NCBI GenBank assembly: GCA_964408485.1
Contig: CAYOZJ010000001.1
Coordinates: 92,366-156,365 of the forward strand
Length of the DNA: 64,000 nucleotides
Source of the DNA: an uncultured Gammaproteobacteria bacterium
GTDB taxonomy: Bacteria; Patescibacteriota; Microgenomatia; Levybacterales; UBA12049
Reading direction: 5' to 3'
Shown: piece by piece, positions 18,623 through 28,733 of the stretch
Numbering within the stretch: the first letter of the stretch is position 1
Layout of the letters: every line of letters starts with the position of its first letter
The notes under the pieces: generated by a model
Databases searched by the model: none
Told to the model about the DNA's origin: nothing
What the model saw: the letters and a program-made list of their open reading frames with translations, nothing else
Translations under genes and position numbers: made by a program

Positions 18623-19138
18623 CTATAAACCCAATTCCTTAGCAAAGTAACGTTTTAAAGCAATCACCATAATAGGGTGAAGTCTGTCTTTTTCTTCATC
18701 AATCATACGACGCATTACTTCCCAACTAACAAACTGAACAGCATCCACTTCTTCCGTATGCTCCTCTATTGGTCCATCAAAAACAGTTGTATATATCTTA
18801 TAAATAACAGGAGCGCCTGATTGCTCTACATGTGCTCCTTCACCGCGAAAGATAAAATCTTTTTCTTCAAATATAACGCCAATTTCTTCTTTTCCCTCTC
18901 TTACCAACCCTTTTTGATATGATTCCCCTTTTCTCACATGTCCTCCAAAAGAAAATGACCAATGAGAAGGATAGGCGCTTTTGCTGGCTGAGCGAAGTTG
19001 AAGAAGTATTTCTCCTCCCTCATTGGAAAGCATACAGACGACTACATGATGCCTAAGCTTTTCTTGATGGACTTTTTCATATGAAGCGCTACCTATAACT
19101 TCATCTTTCTCGTTGATAATATCTAATATTTCTCTCAT
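18623..19138 (-). CDS. NUDIX hydrolase (IDI-like)
   Basis: LLQLRS..K..YP..W, GGHV..GE......REGKEEIG. Confidence 0.88.
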   Translation of the reverse strand: MREILDIINEKDEVIGSASYEKVHQEKLRHHVVVCMLSNEGGEILLQLRSASKSAYPSHWSFSFGGHVRKGESYQKGLVREGKEEIGVIFEEKDFIFRGEGAHVEQSGAPVIYKIYTTVFDGPIEEHTEEVDAVQFVSWEVMRRMIDEEKDRLHPIMVIALKRYFAKELGL

Positions 19139-19139
19139 A

Positions 19140-19276
19140 GTTCTCGACTTCCCGACTCGGTACTAGTGCTCGATTCAGCATTTTCCTCGCCGAGGTGGCG
19201 TTCGCCAAACTGTCGCACACGTTCGCTCGAACAATAAACCTTTCTTTACGCTTTACGCTTTACCATTTACGCTTTT
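19140..19276. repeat. Nested GTTCTCGAC...GCTCGAACAAT element plus tttacgc heptamers
   Basis: Ends match 51210-51243, 55013-55035, 49854-49902; core resembles 60565-60595. Confidence 0.7.
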
Positions 19277-20159
19277 AAAATTCTCCCACAAAACTAATTT
19301 CTGGTTCCATTTCTAAACGCAGCTGGTCTCGTACAGTCTGGATTACTAAAGTAATAAGTGCTCTTACATCCGCTGCGGTAGCATTCCCTAAATTCACAAT
19401 AAAATTTGCGTGAGTCAGAGAAATCTGAGCACCTCCAATTATTTTTCCTTTAAGTCCTACTTTTTCAATAAGTCTCCCTGCCCCATACCCTTCTATTTTT
19501 TTAAAAATTGACCCTGCACTGCATTGTGTGGCATTTTTGGGATGTTTTTCTGCTCTCCATGCAACATTGTCATCAATTGTCTTTTGGATTGTTTCTTTCG
19601 TACTTGGTGTCAGACGAAATGTTGCTGATAAAACAATATCGCCACTAGTATGCAAAATGCTTTTATCGTATTCAAATGCAAAATAACCTTTTGTTACAAT
19701 ATCTGTCGTGCCATCTTTAAAAAGGAGACTTGCGCTATCCAAAATATCGGCAATATAGAGTGTTTTACTTCTATCAGGACTTAAAAAATGAAGATTTTGC
19801 CATAGCGCACCTCCAACGGTTGATGGAATCCCAGCAAAATGCTCGAGTCCTGAAAGACTCTGCTCTTTTGAAGCTTCAATTAAATTTTCTATTGTCGCGC
19901 CTGATTGAGCAATGAGAAGATTCCCAGCAAACTCATATTCTTTTGCTTCATTTTTAATTACTAGTCCTCGAAACCCTTTATCACTCACCAAAATATTTGC
20001 ACCACTTCCAAGAACAAAAACTTGTTGGTTATTCTTTTTAGCGAAGGAAAGCGCCTCTTTTAACTCGTCTAGTGTAGTTGTTGTGACAAAATAATCTGCA
20101 GGACCACCAATGTGAAATGTTGTGTATTGGGCAAGAGGAATATTTTGCTGCATTTGCAT
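19275..20159 (-). CDS. murB: UDP-N-acetylenolpyruvoylglucosamine reductase
   Basis: TTFHIGGPA, GSGANIL, GIPSTVGG, SAGSIFK, HANFIVN. Confidence 0.95.
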   Translation of the reverse strand: MQMQQNIPLAQYTTFHIGGPADYFVTTTTLDELKEALSFAKKNNQQVFVLGSGANILVSDKGFRGLVIKNEAKEYEFAGNLLIAQSGATIENLIEASKEQSLSGLEHFAGIPSTVGGALWQNLHFLSPDRSKTLYIADILDSASLLFKDGTTDIVTKGYFAFEYDKSILHTSGDIVLSATFRLTPSTKETIQKTIDDNVAWRAEKHPKNATQCSAGSIFKKIEGYGAGRLIEKVGLKGKIIGGAQISLTHANFIVNLGNATAADVRALITLVIQTVRDQLRLEMEPEISFVGEF

Positions 20160-20196
20160 AGGAGTATTATCTCACACACACAGAAGGATTTACAGC

Positions 20197-22725
20197 TTAT
20201 TGGTCAGGAGTTGTTGTATTGTTAGTTTCATTTGTAAGATCGTACGCATTCTCCATACGCTTTGCAATGTGTTGTAAATTAAAAGGCAAACTATATAACC
20301 CTAAGTCATATATATCTTCAGCAGAAAGTTCTTGATTAGTTTCTAGCTTGGCATGTAAGCTCTGCACCCTCTTAAGAGCCTCTTCCCTATTTCCAAAAAG
20401 CTGTTCTATTCTTTCCTGCGGAAATGCATTCGGCACCTGTTGATTGAGATTGGTAAAATAATTGCCAATTTGCGGGACTGCATCGGGATACTGCTGATAC
20501 ATACTACTAACTTGTCCAAAAAGGTTTCTCACCAACCTTGCTTGATGAGTCGGATGAACAGTTGCTTCGTACACGTATGAAAAAAGTGTATTTGGCCCAT
20601 GATACGAAGACTCTAACTGATTGAAAGAAAATTGCGAAAGAGTATTATCTTCTCTCACCCGCGCAATAAAGGAATTTGGAATCATATTATACAATATACT
20701 AGAACGTGAGTCTGTTTCTCCAATAGTAAATAAACCTAATTCTCCACGATTGTCTGTTACTTCAAAATGCTCAATATCTTCGTTAAGAGAAATTGGACTC
20801 ATAAGCGACGGGTCAACAACAGCAAAGTCGCCCTCTCGGCGTGGTAACGTACCTTCAGAGACAGGTGTTTTAGTTGGATCATCCAATTGTTCAAAAAGAC
20901 TTGTAAGTGTTATGGATTTGGGTAATTCCACAACTTCTGGCATTGCTGCAGTAGCTTGCTCAACAACTTCTTGCTCGACAACTGGAGCTTCGACTTGCAT
21001 CGGAAGTATTATTTCCTCTCCCTTAAGCATTTCCATGACCTTTTTAATATCAACACTATGTCCTAAAAATTCAATTTGGCGAATTTGCTCGGGAGTAAGA
21101 GTAAGTGGATCTATTTTCAGAACTTCTTCCAATGCTTTTCTTCTTTCAGGCCATACAGCGAGAGTCTGCTCGGTGTTAACTGTATAAGGAAAAAGTTCGT
21201 CTACAACTACCTCTTCATTAATGGTTGGCTCAACGGAATCAATAGCAACAAGCCTATTAGGAGTAGATACATCATGAAGTATTGCTTGTTCTTTTTGAAT
21301 AAATGGAACAAGTTGTTCTTCAATAAAATCCTGCTCCTCTGAAGAGAGATTTTCTTGCAACCCCGCATATTCTCTATGAAACTGTTGTTGAAAGGCAATC
21401 TGTATTACCTGACCCTCTTCATTATTATTTCCGATCAGTTGTGGTTCTATAACTTGCAAATCATGAAATGCAAATTGCCTTAATGAGTCTGGTGTTTGAG
21501 CTTCAAAAAATTCTTGAAGAAGCTGTGGATTAACCTCATGAACACGCAGAATTGTCTCCCCTATTTGTTGATAAAGCATTGCTTGCTCTTCGGGGCTTTC
21601 TGCAGATGCAGCAGCTAAAGCAAATGTACCAGAGTCATTGTCGGTTAATGCTTCTGCATTTTTAAAACGCTTATTTTCTTCTAAAACACGGGCTGGTGGA
21701 AAAACTTCCTCATTGGGGAAGAGATGTTCTCCATCAGGTTCAAGAACAAAGAAATTTTTACGAAGCTGTAATTCTTTTAGTTGCTCAAATGTAAGATTTT
21801 GCGCAAAATCCACAGGAACACCTTTTTCTAGCCAATAAGGATTGCCAGGTTGTGCAGGTGGTTGAAGACGTGCTAAAACATCTTTCACATTATGAGGCTT
21901 CCCTTTTTCTAATGCCTGCGGTCTTTCAGCTTGTTCTCTATGCTTCTGCAACCATTCCCATGCAGTGCTCTCGTCTTCATTCAATGTTGCGTCAGGTGTG
22001 ACTTGCTCTAATGCTTGCTGATCATGTAATGCTCGGGTTTTTGCAACAAGGAGAGCACCCAGTGCATGCTGCGCTTTCTCACCTGCAACTTGCAAAAGAG
22101 GAGCAACTCTTTGAAGATTATCAATAATTTTTTCAGGATCTCCATTACTTTCTCGACTTGCTGCCTCGACCAGAGTATCAATAAGCTTTTTTGTATCATT
22201 TCCGCTTTTGTCTGTAGGACTTAGGTAAGTAGCATAGAAAATAAGCATACGAGCAAAATCATTGTCGATACTTTCCTGAGATAAGGGACGTTCGCCTCCT
22301 ATAGCCTGCAAGTCATTATTTATAGTGGCTATAAGAGAAATTACTTTTGGGTCCTGTAATTCTTGTTGTGTTTGGTCTATTGACCCATGGAGACCAACAG
22401 CCTGCAATATATGTATAACATCTATGTCTGTTTGCTTAGCAACCCACTGACGAATTCCAGGTTTTTCTCTATCTCCTGCAATCCATGTAATCAATTCTTG
22501 CCCAAAATTTAACTTTTTCCCCTGGGATTGTTGTTCTTGCCAATACCCATCCCTATCTGAAAGGGATCCTCCCTGAAAAGCAGCAAGTACATCTGCAGGA
22601 ATGTCTTGACCAAGTGGATGAGATCCTTCTTGCGTAAGAATTCTCTTACTCACGTTTACAGAGTATCGAGAAAGTAAAAGTCGACGTTTCTTCTCCTCTT
22701 CAGGAGTACGTCTTCGTTCAATCAT
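20197..22725 (-). CDS. Large acidic Gln/Glu-rich hypothetical protein
   Basis: 842 aa ORF, no recognised motif. Confidence 0.75.
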   Translation of the reverse strand: MIERRRTPEEEKKRRLLLSRYSVNVSKRILTQEGSHPLGQDIPADVLAAFQGGSLSDRDGYWQEQQSQGKKLNFGQELITWIAGDREKPGIRQWVAKQTDIDVIHILQAVGLHGSIDQTQQELQDPKVISLIATINNDLQAIGGERPLSQESIDNDFARMLIFYATYLSPTDKSGNDTKKLIDTLVEAASRESNGDPEKIIDNLQRVAPLLQVAGEKAQHALGALLVAKTRALHDQQALEQVTPDATLNEDESTAWEWLQKHREQAERPQALEKGKPHNVKDVLARLQPPAQPGNPYWLEKGVPVDFAQNLTFEQLKELQLRKNFFVLEPDGEHLFPNEEVFPPARVLEENKRFKNAEALTDNDSGTFALAAASAESPEEQAMLYQQIGETILRVHEVNPQLLQEFFEAQTPDSLRQFAFHDLQVIEPQLIGNNNEEGQVIQIAFQQQFHREYAGLQENLSSEEQDFIEEQLVPFIQKEQAILHDVSTPNRLVAIDSVEPTINEEVVVDELFPYTVNTEQTLAVWPERRKALEEVLKIDPLTLTPEQIRQIEFLGHSVDIKKVMEMLKGEEIILPMQVEAPVVEQEVVEQATAAMPEVVELPKSITLTSLFEQLDDPTKTPVSEGTLPRREGDFAVVDPSLMSPISLNEDIEHFEVTDNRGELGLFTIGETDSRSSILYNMIPNSFIARVREDNTLSQFSFNQLESSYHGPNTLFSYVYEATVHPTHQARLVRNLFGQVSSMYQQYPDAVPQIGNYFTNLNQQVPNAFPQERIEQLFGNREEALKRVQSLHAKLETNQELSAEDIYDLGLYSLPFNLQHIAKRMENAYDLTNETNNTTTPDQ

Positions 22726-22774
22726 ACTATTTTTAGTGTACTAAGAATTGGAGAAAATGAAAAGGAAGAAGAAA

Positions 22775-23137
22775 CTATTTGCCCTGACCTTGAGGACCAC
22801 TTTGTCCCCCCGAACGATCCTGTAAACCAATTGGTCGCCCAGGCTGAGTTCCCGGCATGTCACTTAATTTTTTAAGTTTACTCGGAGGTACAGACGAAAG
22901 TGGTTGCGTCACTCTCTCTTCTTCATCAAGACCTATTCCGCCAATGCTTCCTCTTACTGTTGGGCGAACACCAGAATCACCAGGAAACTGAACGCGGTCA
23001 TATGGCCTTGTATCTCCTAGTTGATGTGTGACAATTGGAACACTTGGATTTGTCTCTGCTGAATCTGCTGGATTTGTACCTGTTTTATTCAATTGTTCAA
23101 TTCTATCAGGTCTAACAGAATCTCCATTGTCTATCAT
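22775..23137 (-). CDS. Disordered hypothetical protein
   Basis: G/P/S/D-rich; TTGCAA promoter just upstream. Confidence 0.6.
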   Translation of the reverse strand: MIDNGDSVRPDRIEQLNKTGTNPADSAETNPSVPIVTHQLGDTRPYDRVQFPGDSGVRPTVRGSIGGIGLDEEERVTQPLSSVPPSKLKKLSDMPGTQPGRPIGLQDRSGGQSGPQGQGK

Positions 23138-23180
23138 AATCTAACTTAATCAAATTCCTATAAGCTTTGCAAGAGGAAAC

Positions 23181-23483
23181 TTATTTACCCCCACCATTGG
23201 TTGGCTTTTCGCCACCAGAAGTATTAGAACCCGCAGATCCCTTATCTTTAAATTGAGGTCTAAGAATTTTTGCTTTTGTAAGAGGAGTTGTCGGCTTACT
23301 TTGTAACTGTTCTAGAAAATAGTCACCATCTGTATTAAGAGGAGCATTTCGAGGAGCGGTAAGATCTGGAGCGCCGGGGTTATTTGGTATTCCCTTTACG
23401 GAAGGCTTCTCTGGATACTCAGGATCAGGGGCACCTCCTTCAAAAAGATCAGTTGGGCGTTCAGGCATATTACCTTCATTCAT
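23181..23483 (-). CDS. Disordered hypothetical protein
   Basis: TTGACT-17-TATGCT-6nt-ATG(23483). Confidence 0.65.
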   Translation of the reverse strand: MNEGNMPERPTDLFEGGAPDPEYPEKPSVKGIPNNPGAPDLTAPRNAPLNTDGDYFLEQLQSKPTTPLTKAKILRPQFKDKGSAGSNTSGGEKPTNGGGK

Positions 23484-23522
23484 ATCACCAGCATACAAAG
23501 AACTTTTTTAAGAGTCAAGACT

Positions 23523-24797
23523 CTACTGTAGCACTGTTTGAATTGCTTTTTCTAGCTGCGTGTCATGTGTTGGATCTTTATCGTCCAGACTCACTTGCAC
23601 ATCTGGCGTAAGGCCTATTCCATTTACTCCCTTACCAACCCATGTACCATTTGGTGTAAGCCATTTGGCAATTGTTACATGAAGTCCTGCTCCTCCACCC
23701 AAATCCAATGCTTCTTGTACTGTCCCTTTTCCAAAAGATACTTCTCCTACCAACTTTGCCCGCTTGTTGTCTCGAAGAGCACCACTCACAATCTCTGCAG
23801 CAGATGCTGAGCCTTTATTAATAAGGACTACGAGTGGGACTTTGTTTACCAATAGACCGTTCCGCGTAACAGAGAGTGTTGTTCTGTTACCACTTGCCTC
23901 TTCTTCCATAACAACTGGTGTTCCTTGAGACAAGAATTCTCCTGCAATAAATGTTGCATCAGTTAAGTATCCTCCAGGATTATTACGAAGGTCTAAAATA
24001 ATTCCCTTTACTGTCCCATCTTTTACTTTTCCACTAAGTGAATTCACTAAATTCTGCCAATCAACATTGGTATTATCTCCAAACTGTGAAAGTCTTAGAT
24101 ACATAACAGACGTATCTGCAAGTGGGCTGTCTTTCAGATTAATCGCATCAACATCTTTTACTTTCTTTACCCATCCTGCAACACTTTTTACGGTAATCGT
24201 GTCACGAGTTATATTCATTGTTACAGGTGACTTTGCATCTTTGTGTAAAATACCAAGCGCTACACTGCTTCCTTTTGGTCCACGGATAGTATTAACTGCC
24301 TTATCCAGTGTCCACCCATCCGTTGACATATCATTAACACTTACAATCATATCCCCTGCCTTTATCCCTGACTTTTGCGCAGGACTCCCATCCAGAGGCG
24401 CTACAATAACAATTTTTCCATCTTTTAGTCCCAATTCTGCTCCAATACCACTAAATTGTCCTGCCATTTGTTGTTGAAAAGATGTTTGCTGAGCTGGTGG
24501 AAGAAAAAGTGTATAGGGATCACCAACAGACGCAACCATTCCAGAAATTGCACCATACAGCAATTTTTGCGGATCAACTGCTTTTTGGTCGTAGTAATTG
24601 CTCGTTAACTTAGCCCAAACATTCCAGAATAAATTAAAGTCCACCAAAGACGCATTGCTTGGCGGCTCTTTATTAACAACAGTAATATTTGGTTTGTAAT
24701 TCTTCCAATCAAGATTTACTTTCGCTGTACCCACATAAAATCCAATTAAAAATACGATAAGAAGAATAACAAGGTAACGAATTTTTCCTGGGGTCAT
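23523..24797 (-). CDS. ctpA: Carboxyl-terminal processing protease S41
   Basis: DPYT, PDZ GIGA, DLRNNPGG, SASAAEI, FGKG.VQ. Confidence 0.93.
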   Translation of the reverse strand: MTPGKIRYLVILLIVFLIGFYVGTAKVNLDWKNYKPNITVVNKEPPSNASLVDFNLFWNVWAKLTSNYYDQKAVDPQKLLYGAISGMVASVGDPYTLFLPPAQQTSFQQQMAGQFSGIGAELGLKDGKIVIVAPLDGSPAQKSGIKAGDMIVSVNDMSTDGWTLDKAVNTIRGPKGSSVALGILHKDAKSPVTMNITRDTITVKSVAGWVKKVKDVDAINLKDSPLADTSVMYLRLSQFGDNTNVDWQNLVNSLSGKVKDGTVKGIILDLRNNPGGYLTDATFIAGEFLSQGTPVVMEEEASGNRTTLSVTRNGLLVNKVPLVVLINKGSASAAEIVSGALRDNKRAKLVGEVSFGKGTVQEALDLGGGAGLHVTIAKWLTPNGTWVGKGVNGIGLTPDVQVSLDDKDPTHDTQLEKAIQTVLQ

Positions 24798-24927
24798 AAA
24801 GAACAGTTTACTAGAGTTTTAAAAGAGTGTCCAGGAGAAAATTGAAGAAAATTACTGCGACTTCGCGCTAGCGAAGAATAAAGATAACTAAACTCCTATG
24901 CAGCAAGACAAGGATTTATCCTTTGTC

Positions 24928-25176
24928 TTATACTCGTAAAACAAAAGGAAGAAGGGCTAAATGTCTTGCATGTTTAACTGCAGTAGTGACTCTTCTTTGA
25001 TGAAGTGCACAAAGACCTGTGCGTGCACCACTAATAATCTTGCCTCGCTCGGTAATATATTTTTCGAGTGACTTACTATCCAAGAAATTTGGATTAGTCC
25101 CATCTTTACAGAAAGGGCAATTTCTTGGCACTACTATTTTCTTCATTTTTGATCGTGATTGTTGTTTTTTTGGCAT
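24928..25176 (-). CDS. rpsR: 30S ribosomal protein S18
   Basis: CPFC, TERGKI...RTG.CA.HQR...AVK.AR.LALLP. Confidence 0.96.
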   Translation of the reverse strand: MPKKQQSRSKMKKIVVPRNCPFCKDGTNPNFLDSKSLEKYITERGKIISGARTGLCALHQRRVTTAVKHARHLALLPFVLRV

Positions 25177-25189
25177 ATAATTTTACTCC

Positions 25190-25705
25190 TTAAAACGGTA
25201 TATCATCTGCAACGTCATCTGCGCTCATTCCCTGATCTTGTGCTGAGCTTGCCGAAGCATCTGCTTCTTTTTTTACTTCTTTTACTTTTGGCGTTGGCGC
25301 TTCTGTCACTTGCCCTGAGCTAGCCGAACGGGTTGGTTCTACAGAACTTTCAAAATTCCCAGTTCCCTCACGTCTACTATCCAAAACCATCATATCATCG
25401 ATGACGATTTCTGTTGAGTCTTTTTCTACGCCGTCTTTATTCGTATACTTCCTATACGCAATTCTACCCTCAACATATACTTTTCGTCCTTTTGAAAGTA
25501 ACTGGCTACACAGCTCGCCCAACTTATTCCAGGCAACGATTTTATGAAACTCTGTCTCCTCTTTCTTCTCACCTGTATCAGTTGTCCAACTTCTATTGGT
25601 TGCTAAACCAAATGTGGCAACTGCTGTCCCTGTTGGTGTATATCGCAATTCCGGATCTCGTGTTAAATTTCCAATCAACTGTACGCGATTTAAACTTCGT
25701 GCCAT
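25190..25705 (-). CDS. ssb: Single-stranded DNA-binding protein
   Basis: LNRVQLIGNLTRDPELRYT; DDIPF tail. Confidence 0.98.
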   Translation of the reverse strand: MARSLNRVQLIGNLTRDPELRYTPTGTAVATFGLATNRSWTTDTGEKKEETEFHKIVAWNKLGELCSQLLSKGRKVYVEGRIAYRKYTNKDGVEKDSTEIVIDDMMVLDSRREGTGNFESSVEPTRSASSGQVTEAPTPKVKEVKKEADASASSAQDQGMSADDVADDIPF

Positions 25706-25789
25706 AAGTAATTATTTATTTATTATTTATTAACGAGTTTTGCGAGTTAACGGGTTTCTCAACTCATTAACGCGTTAACCCATTAATAG

Positions 25790-26062
25790 CTAATTAGATC
25801 GTAATACCAACTGCCTTAGGATTTCATCATTTTCCATAAGTTTTCGCTCAAAATCGGAAGGCATTGTCTCTGCCTCAACTGTTAACTCATAAAAATGCCC
25901 TGAAAGCTCGTGCTTAATTTTATATGCTAAAGCCTTACTTCCTAAATCTTCCTCTTTTGTGATTTTTACGCCTTTCAGAAGGTCTTTTACCCATCCAACG
26001 GTTTTCTTGCGAGCATCATCAGACCCAGTTTTAACAACCAAAACAACTTGATAACTTCTCAT
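25790..26062 (-). CDS. rpsF: 30S ribosomal protein S6
   Basis: G.K.LAYKI....G.Y; rpsF-ssb-rpsR synteny. Confidence 0.92.
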   Translation of the reverse strand: MRSYQVVLVVKTGSDDARKKTVGWVKDLLKGVKITKEEDLGSKALAYKIKHELSGHFYELTVEAETMPSDFERKLMENDEILRQLVLRSN

Positions 26063-26159
26063 GTTGTCCTATTTTACTCAATTTTGAGGCACAAAACAAG
26101 AGGCAGGTTACTAAAACCATTACCTTGACAGAAGAAAAACTTTCCATTACATTCTAGTC

Positions 26160-26444
26160 ATGGCAGCAGACAGAGAGACAGATATACAACAGGCGGTTGA
26201 GCAATGGCTTATTGAAACAAGACGTCTCAGAGCTCCAAAAGCTCCAGGGAAAACACACGAGGCTTGGTTAGCTCCAACAGAAACTGTAGTAGAGCCACCA
26301 CAAGCAACTCCCCCAGTTGGTGCTCCCTCACTTCACCCAGACAGATATTTTAGAGATTCCACCGGTCTAAGACATATAGACAATCCGTCTCCGCGAGGAT
26401 CAAGTCGGGTGAGAGGTCCCCGCGAACGTGGCAACAGAAGCTAA
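26160..26444 (+). CDS. Disordered hypothetical protein
   Basis: TTGACA-17-TACATT-6nt-ATG. Confidence 0.65.
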   Translation: MAADRETDIQQAVEQWLIETRRLRAPKAPGKTHEAWLAPTETVVEPPQATPPVGAPSLHPDRYFRDSTGLRHIDNPSPRGSSRVRGPRERGNRS

Positions 26445-26488
26445 AAGTCTCTTGACATAACTACGCTGATTCTGTACAAATAGTAGCT

Positions 26489-26791
26489 ATGGGAAAACAC
26501 AAGAAAGGTAGCCCTGCAACAAGTAAGCTCGCAAAAGACCATGCATACTCCGATACAAGGGATGCTCCTCGTCTTCACTCTAATAGACTAGGCAAACGTC
26601 CTCCAGAAACCGACATGTCTCAGGAGGGAGAAAGCAATGACTCAACAAAAAGAGAAACACCAGGTTTGCGATTTGTACAAGCACCACCAATAACAAGAAG
26701 ACCATCGTCTATTAGACCAAAGCCTGAAACAGAAAGAAGTGCGTACAAAGATATGGTAGATGAGTGGAATGGGAATAAGGAAGAAAAATAA
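26489..26791 (+). CDS. Disordered basic hypothetical protein
   Basis: TTGACA(26452)-17-TACAAA-8nt-ATG. Confidence 0.65.
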   Translation: MGKHKKGSPATSKLAKDHAYSDTRDAPRLHSNRLGKRPPETDMSQEGESNDSTKRETPGLRFVQAPPITRRPSSIRPKPETERSAYKDMVDEWNGNKEEK

Positions 26792-26796
26792 AAAAA

Positions 26797-27942
26797 TTAG
26801 CTCCCTATTTTAAATTCAACTACGTCGCCGTCTTTCATTATGTAATCTTTTCCTTCGAGCCGTGCTTTTCCTTTTTCTCTAGACCCCTTCCAACCATTTT
26901 GATCAACAAAGTCCTCATACCCAACAACTTCTGCTTTAATAAATTTCTTTATAAAATCTGTATGAATCTCCCCTGCTGCTTCTGGCGCACTACTTCCTTT
27001 TCGTATTGTCCAAGCCCGCACTTCTTTTTCCCCACAAGTCAAAAAACTTATTAGACCTAACTGCGTATAGGCTTTTTGTATCAAACGCTCTAAGCCCGAC
27101 GCGCTAAGCCCTAAGCCGGCAAGGTATTCTTTTTGCTCATCATCCGAAAGACCTGCTAATTCAGATTCAATTTGCGCACAGATGACAACAATATTGTCTA
27201 CCCCAATGTCATTCCCGCGCAGGCGGGAATCTAGGGAACTGGATCCCTGATCGGAGTCAGGGATGACAGCAGAAAGTAATGAACGATACTCTCTCGTTAC
27301 TTTTTCAATTCCTTCAGGATTATATTGTGATTCACTCACGTTTAGGACAACTAACTCAGGCTTTGAGCTTAGCAGGAATAGCTCTCTTATTGCTTCCCTT
27401 TCTTCCTCGCTAAGATCCATTGCCCTCACCGGTACCCCTTGTTCTAATAGCTTTTGGACTTTCTCATGATTTGCGTTTTTTACTTTGCGATTTACATTCT
27501 GCAGAGTCTGCAGGTCAGCAAGCATAAGCTCAGTATTAATGACTTCATAGTCAGATTTTGGATCTACAGCACCTTCCTTAATAACATTCTCGTCTTCAAA
27601 CGCTCTGACAACATGCGCAACAACCGACACTTCTTTAATGTGCCCTAGGAATTTATTGCCAAGTCCTGCTCCCTCTGATGCACCTTTCACAAGTCCTGCA
27701 ATATCGACAAATTCAACAGTTGCAGGCTTGAGTGGTGGCAATTCACTCATCTTTTCTTCTTCTTTGGTAATCTCAGCAAGCTTGTTAAGTCGCGGATCTG
27801 GCACGGCAACAATCCCTACATTTGGCTCAATAGTTGCAAAAGGATAATTTGCAGCTAACGCTTGCTGCTTTTTAAGAAGCGCATTAAACAATGTAGATTT
27901 TCCTACATTCGGAAGACCGACAATCCCAACACTCAAGTTCAT
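26797..27942 (-). CDS. ychF: Ribosome-binding ATPase YchF with in-frame palindrome insertion
   Basis: GIVGLPNVGKST, ANYPFATIEPN, DIAGLVKGAS, EGKDY.MKDGD. Confidence 0.97.
   Translation of the reverse strand: MNLSVGIVGLPNVGKSTLFNALLKKQQALAANYPFATIEPNVGIVAVPDPRLNKLAEITKEEEKMSELPPLKPATVEFVDIAGLVKGASEGAGLGNKFLGHIKEVSVVAHVVRAFEDENVIKEGAVDPKSDYEVINTELMLADLQTLQNVNRKVKNANHEKVQKLLEQGVPVRAMDLSEEEREAIRELFLLSSKPELVVLNVSESQYNPEGIEKVTREYRSLLSAVIPDSDQGSSSLDSRLRGNDIGVDNIVVICAQIESELAGLSDDEQKEYLAGLGLSASGLERLIQKAYTQLGLISFLTCGEKEVRAWTIRKGSSAPEAAGEIHTDFIKKFIKAEVVGYEDFVDQNGWKGSREKGKARLEGKDYIMKDGDVVEFKIGS
27208..27267. repeat. 60 bp palindromic element in frame in ychF
   Basis: GTCATTCCCGCGCAGGCGGGAATC...GATCCCTGATCGGAGTCAGGGATGAC. 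Confidence 0.9.
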
Positions 27943-27956
27943 AGAGGAATTATAGA

Positions 27957-28265
27957 TTAGTTGTCTTTACTTTGGTATACCCAAGCTTCTTTTCCACTTA
28001 ATAACACAACCTTTGCTCTTTTATAGGCAGACTCATACACATCAATTTTTGCTAACTCTTCTGAAGTAACAGAAAGAATCTTTCCTTCAATAGTCCCCTC
28101 TCCCTCAGAAATAATAGGATATGTTTTGCCATCAACTTTAATAGTCGATTTACTGAATCCAGGTAATGCGTCTGGTACGCCGCTAACAAACCGGCCAATA
28201 ATACGCTGCTGAACTTCCGGAATTAGTAATGTTCCATAACTAAAAATTTGCTCTGATGGATTCAT
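27957..28265 (-). CDS. Gamma-glutamylcyclotransferase (AIG2-like)
   Basis: FSYGTL, L..ID.YE..Y.R, AWVY. Confidence 0.88.
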   Translation of the reverse strand: MNPSEQIFSYGTLLIPEVQQRIIGRFVSGVPDALPGFSKSTIKVDGKTYPIISEGEGTIEGKILSVTSEELAKIDVYESAYKRAKVVLLSGKEAWVYQSKDN

Positions 28266-28309
28266 GAGGCTAATTATAGCAGAAGATTGTTTTCTGTTAT
28301 ACTTTTTCT

Positions 28310-28696
28310 ATGGTTACTCCTTTAGATAAAGCACGAGAGCTTATTCTCAAACAATCTACACCTGAGGACGCAAAGAAAAAAATTGAACTATTAAAAAATA
28401 TTTCTGAGGAAGAATTACAAGAAGCGCTTATTCAATATTTTGACACTGCCGAACCCTTGGCATATTCAGGAAACGTACAAGCAATTAGCACCATGCTTCG
28501 AGTACTCGAACATTTTGGAGATAAGTCTCATGATCGAATGCTTCTTCACTATATTGCGCAGGCTGCAGCAAATAACGCTCTCTCAGAACTGAAGTCTGAA
28601 TCTCATCCACATCATGTAAATATGGTTACAGCTCTAACTCTTATTTCCGAGGCTTTTGCCGATGCAGACCAGATAAATGATAGTAAGACTTCTTAG
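28310..28696 (+). CDS. Helical hypothetical protein
   Basis: TGTTATACT-6nt-ATG; 128 aa. Confidence 0.65.
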   Translation: MVTPLDKARELILKQSTPEDAKKKIELLKNISEEELQEALIQYFDTAEPLAYSGNVQAISTMLRVLEHFGDKSHDRMLLHYIAQAAANNALSELKSESHPHHVNMVTALTLISEAFADADQINDSKTS

Positions 28697-28733
28697 ATAA
28701 CTTGCAGGACTACTTATCCTTTAGGGGAAAGCC

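Noticed and set aside
20621-21187. Long antisense ORFs (also 55419-55877, 57592-58050, 61654-62130)
   Set aside because: Shadows of real genes on the opposite strand
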